A stretch of DNA of 32,000 nt from Candidatus Saccharimonadota bacterium. Its GTDB lineage: Bacteria > Pseudomonadota > Alphaproteobacteria > CAJXXZ01 > 1604HC. A model generated the notes under the pieces. The model did not search any database. It was given only the letters and a program-made list of their open reading frames with translations, and was not told where the DNA came from. The stretch covers positions 150,001-182,000 of the forward strand of contig NZ_CP043316.1 of assembly GCF_008189405.1 (NCBI RefSeq), given 5' to 3'. Each line of letters starts with the position of its first letter. Within the stretch, counting starts at the first letter, position 1. The position numbers and the translations under genes were made by a program. Shown one piece after another: positions 27,547 to 32,000 of this stretch.

Positions 27547-27570
27547 GGAGATCTCTTAATAGATCTTTTT
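27547..27570 (+). terminator. Weak terminator-like hairpin (GGAGATCT-CTTAAT-AGATCTTT then TT)
   Basis: Two AGATCT palindromes can pair (6 bp plus two G-U), with a 6-nt loop and a T-run at 27566-27570. The stem is short and AT-rich, so this is only suggestive. Confidence 0.2.
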
Positions 27571-27663
27571 AGAAAAGAGCTAATTATGATTAAGAATAAA
27601 ACATGTGCTGTTATATTTTAGCGAATCTTTTATAATTATTTGGTACATGCTAGAGTATAGTTT

Positions 27664-28248
27664 ATGAAATGTTCATTTAAAGCATTCAGTTTGTTAGAAA
27701 TTAGTTTCGTGCTTATTATTGCTAGTTTACTTATGTTTGGTGGTATGAAAGGAATGCAATTAGTAGAGAAAGCTCGTGTTTATAGAGCTGCATCTGAAAT
27801 GAGATTGTGTTTGACGGCTATAGAATCTTTTAAAATTGAATATGCTCAGCATCCTTGTATATCTAATAGGTTTAATGTAAATACAGTTGTTGGTAGTAGT
27901 AATGCAGGTCCCAATCAGGATCTACAAAAAGTACTTTGGAAGAATCTTCATAAATCTGGATTGATTAAAAGCAGTATAAACAGTGATAGACAATCTCCAT
28001 TGGGTGGATCTTACCATGTTCAATATAGTAAAGGATTTTTTAATATTATAGTAGGATCTGCGAATGATTTTTGTAATAAAGGAGTGTTAACAGGAAAGCA
28101 AGTGTTGTTAATGATTGAATACCTTGATCTAGATGAAGAAGAATATGAAATTGTTACTAAATTAGGAGGCAATTGCATTGTATTGCAAAGTTTATTTGCG
28201 GACTCTCAAGACAGGTACATGATTATCTTTAAAACAAAAGAACATTAA
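27664..28248 (+). CDS. Prepilin-type (type IV pilin / T2SS pseudopilin-like) protein with N-terminal cleavage/methylation motif
   Basis: MKCSFKA|FSLLEISFVLIIASLLMFGG: short basic leader, Phe at +1, Glu at +5, then a hydrophobic helix. Ala replaces the usual Gly at -1. Confidence 0.65.
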   Translation: MKCSFKAFSLLEISFVLIIASLLMFGGMKGMQLVEKARVYRAASEMRLCLTAIESFKIEYAQHPCISNRFNVNTVVGSSNAGPNQDLQKVLWKNLHKSGLIKSSINSDRQSPLGGSYHVQYSKGFFNIIVGSANDFCNKGVLTGKQVLLMIEYLDLDEEEYEIVTKLGGNCIVLQSLFADSQDRYMIIFKTKEH

Positions 28249-28473
28249 TTGAGAAGGTATTAAGGGTAAGGTTAATTTTATTATACAATGAATGTATTAG
28301 GGATGATAAAATATCAAATAATAAAACTAAAACGCAAAATAGAATTATGTGGAATGAAGTATAAAACACAAATCCCAAAGCTATTTATAAAATTAGATAC
28401 AATATTCAAATTCATTGTAATGGCTCTTAAGGTCATAAAACTCTATATTAGAAATAAAACTAAAAAGTTTTAT

Positions 28474-29814
28474 ATGCAGGGCTCCTATATTATATATATT
28501 CGAAAGCTAAAAATTATAAAATCTAAGGTTCTAAAACTAAAGTTATATGCGTTTAGTTTGGTAGAAGTTATTTTTGTGTTAATAGTATTTTCTATGTTAT
28601 CGACTGTTTTAGTTAAAACAAGCAATAGTATGATAAAAGCACACAGAGATAGGGTGACAAAAAATAATGTTGAAAAGATATATAGGGCAATAGGGCGCTT
28701 TGTTGCTATAAATGGATACCTGCCATTTCCTTATCATGGGTGTAATAAGTATATTTATGGATATGATAAAAATAGAAAGTGTGGACAAAACTGTACTCAT
28801 AGCTGTGATGATCCTTATGGTAGTTCAAGTTTTAAGTTAAGTGATATGAAAGAAATGTTAGATATTAATAAGCAAAATTCCGATAATATACCATATACAA
28901 ACCCAAGTAAATTAGGGGTAGGAATTGTGCCGTTTCTTACATTAGATTTACAAGAAAAAGATGTGAAAGATGGTAATGGTAATTATTTTACATATGCAAT
29001 GAATATTATATTAGGCCCAAGAGATGGATATATTTACTTGCCACAAGATCACCCTTGTATCAAACATAATACTGATTTAGTTGATCATGATTATTACGAA
29101 AGATATGAGCCACAATACGAAAAAAAACATGTAAATCAAATTTCTGGATTCTGTGATGTAAGATTTCATACAGATAATGTCAAGTTCTATCATATGATGC
29201 GCAATATGCTTGAACTAAGCACAAGAAATATATATAAGCGCTCTACTTTTTATCAGCATACTGGTATAGAATATAAAGCTGATTTGGCTGATTTAACATG
29301 TTGGATTAAAACAAATCTACATGTTATTAATAATCGTGGATATGATGTTTCAGAATCAATTGAAAAGATGCATTATCATATTAATATGACTATGCCTGCA
29401 GATAAGCTTTTTGATTTAGTGAAATCGTCAGATAAAGACAAGGCATACTTTAATGAAGTAGCAAAAAACATATATTATTTTGTTAGAAAGCAAGAGGATT
29501 TTCAGAAGATTTATAAGGTATGTAATACAATTGCATTTGTTTTGGTTAGTCATGGGCCTAATGGAGGATCTTTGGATAAAAGAATGAATTTTATGAAGAT
29601 TAATGATAAAGTGTCTTGCCCGCATAAAAAGGAGAATGCTACATGCTCAAATCATTTTTATCAAAGTGGAGATGTTGATAAAGGATTTGATGATCAGGTA
29701 TTTTACATATCCAAATTTTCACTTGCATCTGAATATGGTGGATTTCAGTGTAGGCCTTATGATTTGCCATTTTCTATGGAATTAATACATAATAATAAAT
29801 ATAGTTTAGCATGA
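28474..29814 (+). CDS. Very large Cys-rich prepilin-type protein (about 420 aa mature)
   Basis: ...KLKLYA|FSLVEVIFVLIVFSMLSTVLV is a second cleavage/methylation motif, with Phe+1 at 28552 and Glu+5. The ORF opens at 28288, but a class III signal peptide cannot sit 88 aa into a protein. The ATG at 28474 gives a 26-aa leader. At least 16 Cys in the globular part. VLVSHGPNGGS is faintly reminiscent of the GspG C-terminal S-x-G-x-DG motif. The stop overlaps the tadA start (ATGA). Confidence 0.55.
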   Translation: MQGSYIIYIRKLKIIKSKVLKLKLYAFSLVEVIFVLIVFSMLSTVLVKTSNSMIKAHRDRVTKNNVEKIYRAIGRFVAINGYLPFPYHGCNKYIYGYDKNRKCGQNCTHSCDDPYGSSSFKLSDMKEMLDINKQNSDNIPYTNPSKLGVGIVPFLTLDLQEKDVKDGNGNYFTYAMNIILGPRDGYIYLPQDHPCIKHNTDLVDHDYYERYEPQYEKKHVNQISGFCDVRFHTDNVKFYHMMRNMLELSTRNIYKRSTFYQHTGIEYKADLADLTCWIKTNLHVINNRGYDVSESIEKMHYHINMTMPADKLFDLVKSSDKDKAYFNEVAKNIYYFVRKQEDFQKIYKVCNTIAFVLVSHGPNGGSLDKRMNFMKINDKVSCPHKKENATCSNHFYQSGDVDKGFDDQVFYISKFSLASEYGGFQCRPYDLPFSMELIHNNKYSLA

Positions 29815-30242
29815 ATAATTATAGATATTTTATGAATATGGCCCTAAATATTGCTAAGCTAAGCTCTGATGAAGTGCCAGTTGGATGTGTAATTGTGCAT
29901 AATGAAGATATTATTGCTGAGAGTTGTAATAAGGTTGAAATATTACAGAACCCATTACTGCATGCAGAGATGATAGCAATTAATCAAGCACTAAAAGTTT
30001 TGAATAGTAAATTCTTAGAAAAATGTATACTGTTTTGCACTTTAGAACCTTGTAGAATGTGCATGGCAGCAATTCAATTAGTGCGGATGAAGCAAGTTGT
30101 ATTTGGAGCTTACAATGGAGCTTATAACAATGTATTTCATGATAAAGCTAATAAGACTGATAATAATATAGAAATTATAGGTGGGGTTTGTGAAACTGAA
30201 TGTTCAAGTATATTGCATTCTTTCTTTAAATCTAAGCGGTAA
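29811..30242 (+). CDS. tadA: tRNA-specific adenosine deaminase
   Basis: CDA zinc motifs HAEMIAINQA and TLEPCRMCMAAI. Size (143 aa) and VPVGCVIV block are typical of TadA. Confidence 0.9.
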   Translation: MNNYRYFMNMALNIAKLSSDEVPVGCVIVHNEDIIAESCNKVEILQNPLLHAEMIAINQALKVLNSKFLEKCILFCTLEPCRMCMAAIQLVRMKQVVFGAYNGAYNNVFHDKANKTDNNIEIIGGVCETECSSILHSFFKSKR

Positions 30243-30404
30243 AAAATAACAACTAATCTAAAATATATATAAGTAAAAATTCAATAATATTTGTAAGATT
30301 TTTAATTATTATTATAAAATTATTGTTTTTTATTGTTTTTTGCATAATATTTTGACGAAAACTTAAGTATATTGATCTTAAATAGAATCAAGAGAGGTTT
30401 GCAA

Positions 30405-32000
30405 ATGGGAGAAAGTATACAAAAATCACTATTAAGAGTTAGACCTCCTCGTGTACGTATAACTTACGATGTAGAAACAGGCGGAGCAGTTCAGAAAAAA
30501 GAACTTCCTTTTGTCTTGGGTATCATTTCTGATTTATATGGTCATCAAGAGGAGCGTGTGGACTTTAAAGATAGAAGATTCACTGTCATAGACAGAGATA
30601 ACTTCGAGCACGTTATGGAGTCAATTAATCCAAAATTGAATCTTTCAGTTAATAATGTGTTAGAAGCAAGTAAGGATGATAAGAAAAAGAAAGCTGAAGG
30701 TTCTAATATCGGCTTAGAATTATTTTTCAATACTATGGATGATTTTAATCCAGTTAATATTGTGAGAAAAGTTCCTGAATTAAATGCATTTCTTGAAGAT
30801 CATGAGTTATTAGTAGATTTAGCAACTAAATTAGATTCTAATAATGATTTGAATGATATGTTAGGTAAGGCAATAGCTGATAAAGGAATTGCATCTAAAA
30901 TTGTATCAGAGTCTAAAGATGTTACAAAAGCATCAGCAGAAATGGATAAGATCATTAAGGATAGTGGATTGTTTGTTCCAGATCCTGAAGATAAAGATTC
31001 AACTGAAATTGTAAAATATAGAAAAATGATTGCATCATTATTTAGAAATATGACAGCAGAAACAACAGAAGTTGCGCATCTATATCCATATATGATGGAT
31101 ATGATTGCTAAGATTGATGAGAAGATTTCTTTGCAATTGGATGAAGTGTTGCATCATGAAGATTTCCAAACATTAGAAGCATCCTGGAGAGGAATGCATT
31201 ACGTTGTAATGAATTCAGAAACAGGTACAAGTCTAAAAATCAGAATATTTGCTGCTACTAAAGATGAAGTACAACAAGATCTGGAACGTGCAATAGAGTT
31301 TGACCAAAGCGTATTATTTAGAAGAATTTATGAAGAAGAGTTTGGTACTCTAGGTGGTTCTCCATATTCTTGTTTATTAGGAGATTTCTACATTGGTAAA
31401 AAACCAACAGATGTTTCATTGATTAGAAAAATCAGTCAAGTAGCAGCTGCAGCACATACACCATTTTTGGCTGCTGCAAATCCTAATCTATTTGATTTGA
31501 ATTCTTATAATGAGTTGCATGTCCCAAGAGATTTAAAGAAAATATTTGAAAACTCAGAATTGACTGCATGGAATAGTTTCCGTGATATGGAAGATTCAAG
31601 ATATGTAAACTTATTCTTGCCAAGAGTATTGGTAAGATTACCATATGGTGAAGATACAATTCCAGTAAAGGGTTTCAACTATAATGAAGCTGTAGATGGA
31701 ATGGATAACTCAAAATTCTGTTGGGGTAACCCTGCATATGCAATGGCATTAAGAATCACAACTGCCTTTGCACAATATGGATGGACCGCAGCAATTAGAG
31801 GTATAGAAGGTGGTGGACTTGTTGAAAATCTACCAGCTTATACTTTTAAAACATCTTATGGTGATATTGCATTGAAGTGTCCAACTGAGGTTATGATTAC
31901 TGATAGGCGTGAAAAAGAGTTGAGTGATCTTGGATTTATATCTTTATGTCATAATAAAGGTACAGATAAAGCTGTTTTCTTTAGTGCACAAAGTACACAA
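30405..32000 (+). CDS. tssBC: Type VI secretion contractile sheath: TssB(VipA)-like residues 1 to about 179 and TssC(VipB)-like residues about 180 to 532+ in one uninterrupted ORF (3' partial, continues past the window)
   Basis: I translated it codon by codon from the ATG at 30405 (SD AGAGAGG at 30391-30397) to the end of the window and found no stop codon. TssB signature: LLRVRPPRVRITYDVETGGAVQKKELPFVLGIISDLYGH...FTVIDRDNFEHVM. TssC signatures: QLDEVLHHEDFQTLEASWRGMHYVV, EFDQSVLFRRIYEEEFGTLGGSPYSCLLGDF, AAAAHTPFLAAANP, DSRYVNLFLPRVLVRLPYG, WGNPAYAMALRITTAFAQYGWTAAIRGIEGGG, CPTEVMITDRREKELSDLGFISL. Confidence 0.85.
   Translation, partial: MGESIQKSLLRVRPPRVRITYDVETGGAVQKKELPFVLGIISDLYGHQEERVDFKDRRFTVIDRDNFEHVMESINPKLNLSVNNVLEASKDDKKKKAEGSNIGLELFFNTMDDFNPVNIVRKVPELNAFLEDHELLVDLATKLDSNNDLNDMLGKAIADKGIASKIVSESKDVTKASAEMDKIIKDSGLFVPDPEDKDSTEIVKYRKMIASLFRNMTAETTEVAHLYPYMMDMIAKIDEKISLQLDEVLHHEDFQTLEASWRGMHYVVMNSETGTSLKIRIFAATKDEVQQDLERAIEFDQSVLFRRIYEEEFGTLGGSPYSCLLGDFYIGKKPTDVSLIRKISQVAAAAHTPFLAAANPNLFDLNSYNELHVPRDLKKIFENSELTAWNSFRDMEDSRYVNLFLPRVLVRLPYGEDTIPVKGFNYNEAVDGMDNSKFCWGNPAYAMALRITTAFAQYGWTAAIRGIEGGGLVENLPAYTFKTSYGDIALKCPTEVMITDRREKELSDLGFISLCHNKGTDKAVFFSAQSTQ

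Noticed and set aside
28288-28473. 62-codon N-terminal extension of the large pilin-like ORF
   Set aside because: It would place the prepilin cleavage motif 88 residues into the protein, which is incompatible with a class III signal peptide. The extension is Lys/Ile low-complexity and lacks an SD. The start at 28474 is preferred but not proven.
30352-30380. TTGACG -35-like hexamer and a tandem TATTGTTTTT x2 (30321-30340) upstream of the T6SS sheath gene
   Set aside because: No acceptable -10 hexamer lies at 16-18 nt spacing, so I cannot support a promoter call from sequence alone.
30545-30730. 61-aa minus-strand ORF from the track
   Set aside because: It is antisense to the strongly conserved TssB-like part of the long plus-strand ORF that the track omitted.
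1-32000. Alternative genetic code (TGA as Trp), CRISPR arrays, IS elements, rRNA genes
   Set aside because: pal ends at a TGA that matches the family length, and the large pilin-like ORF also ends at a TGA. Trp in conserved motifs is encoded by TGG. Conserved proteins are full length under code 11. I saw no repeat-spacer periodicity, transposase-like ORF or rRNA-like conserved segment.

Overview
Strongly AT-rich stretch of a diderm (Gram-negative type) bacterial chromosome. My own tally from the coordinates below gives about 77% coding. By inference it comes from a reduced, host-associated genome, possibly an intracellular or endosymbiotic proteobacterium. Housekeeping genes present: serS, rplU-rpmA, rpmG, nusA, radA, lgt, pepA, tadA, a Ppx/GppA-family phosphatase, pal, an nlpD-like gene, cvpA, a tolC-like gene, a ProP-type MFS transporter and a divergent MrpA/NuoL-like membrane protein. 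There are three tRNAs (Phe-GAA, Lys-CUU, Val-GAC), none with an encoded CCA. These are separated by long non-coding AT-rich spacers. Accessory content: (i) four paralogous beta-barrel surface proteins, two of them in tandem; (ii) orphan ORFs, including a 783-aa effector-like protein with a Ser/Pro/Arg-rich disordered core; (iii) two adjacent prepilin-type proteins with Ala instead of Gly at the -1 cleavage position; (iv) at the 3' edge, a type VI secretion sheath gene in which the TssB-like and TssC-like parts form one uninterrupted ORF. That ORF is missing from the supplied ORF track because it runs off the window. rpmG (53 aa) is also missing from the track. A perfect 2 x 133 bp tandem duplication carries a duplicated terminator-like hairpin downstream of one surface-protein gene. 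I found no rRNA, CRISPR array, transposase or integrase. The standard genetic code applies: TGA is used as a stop and TGG encodes Trp.
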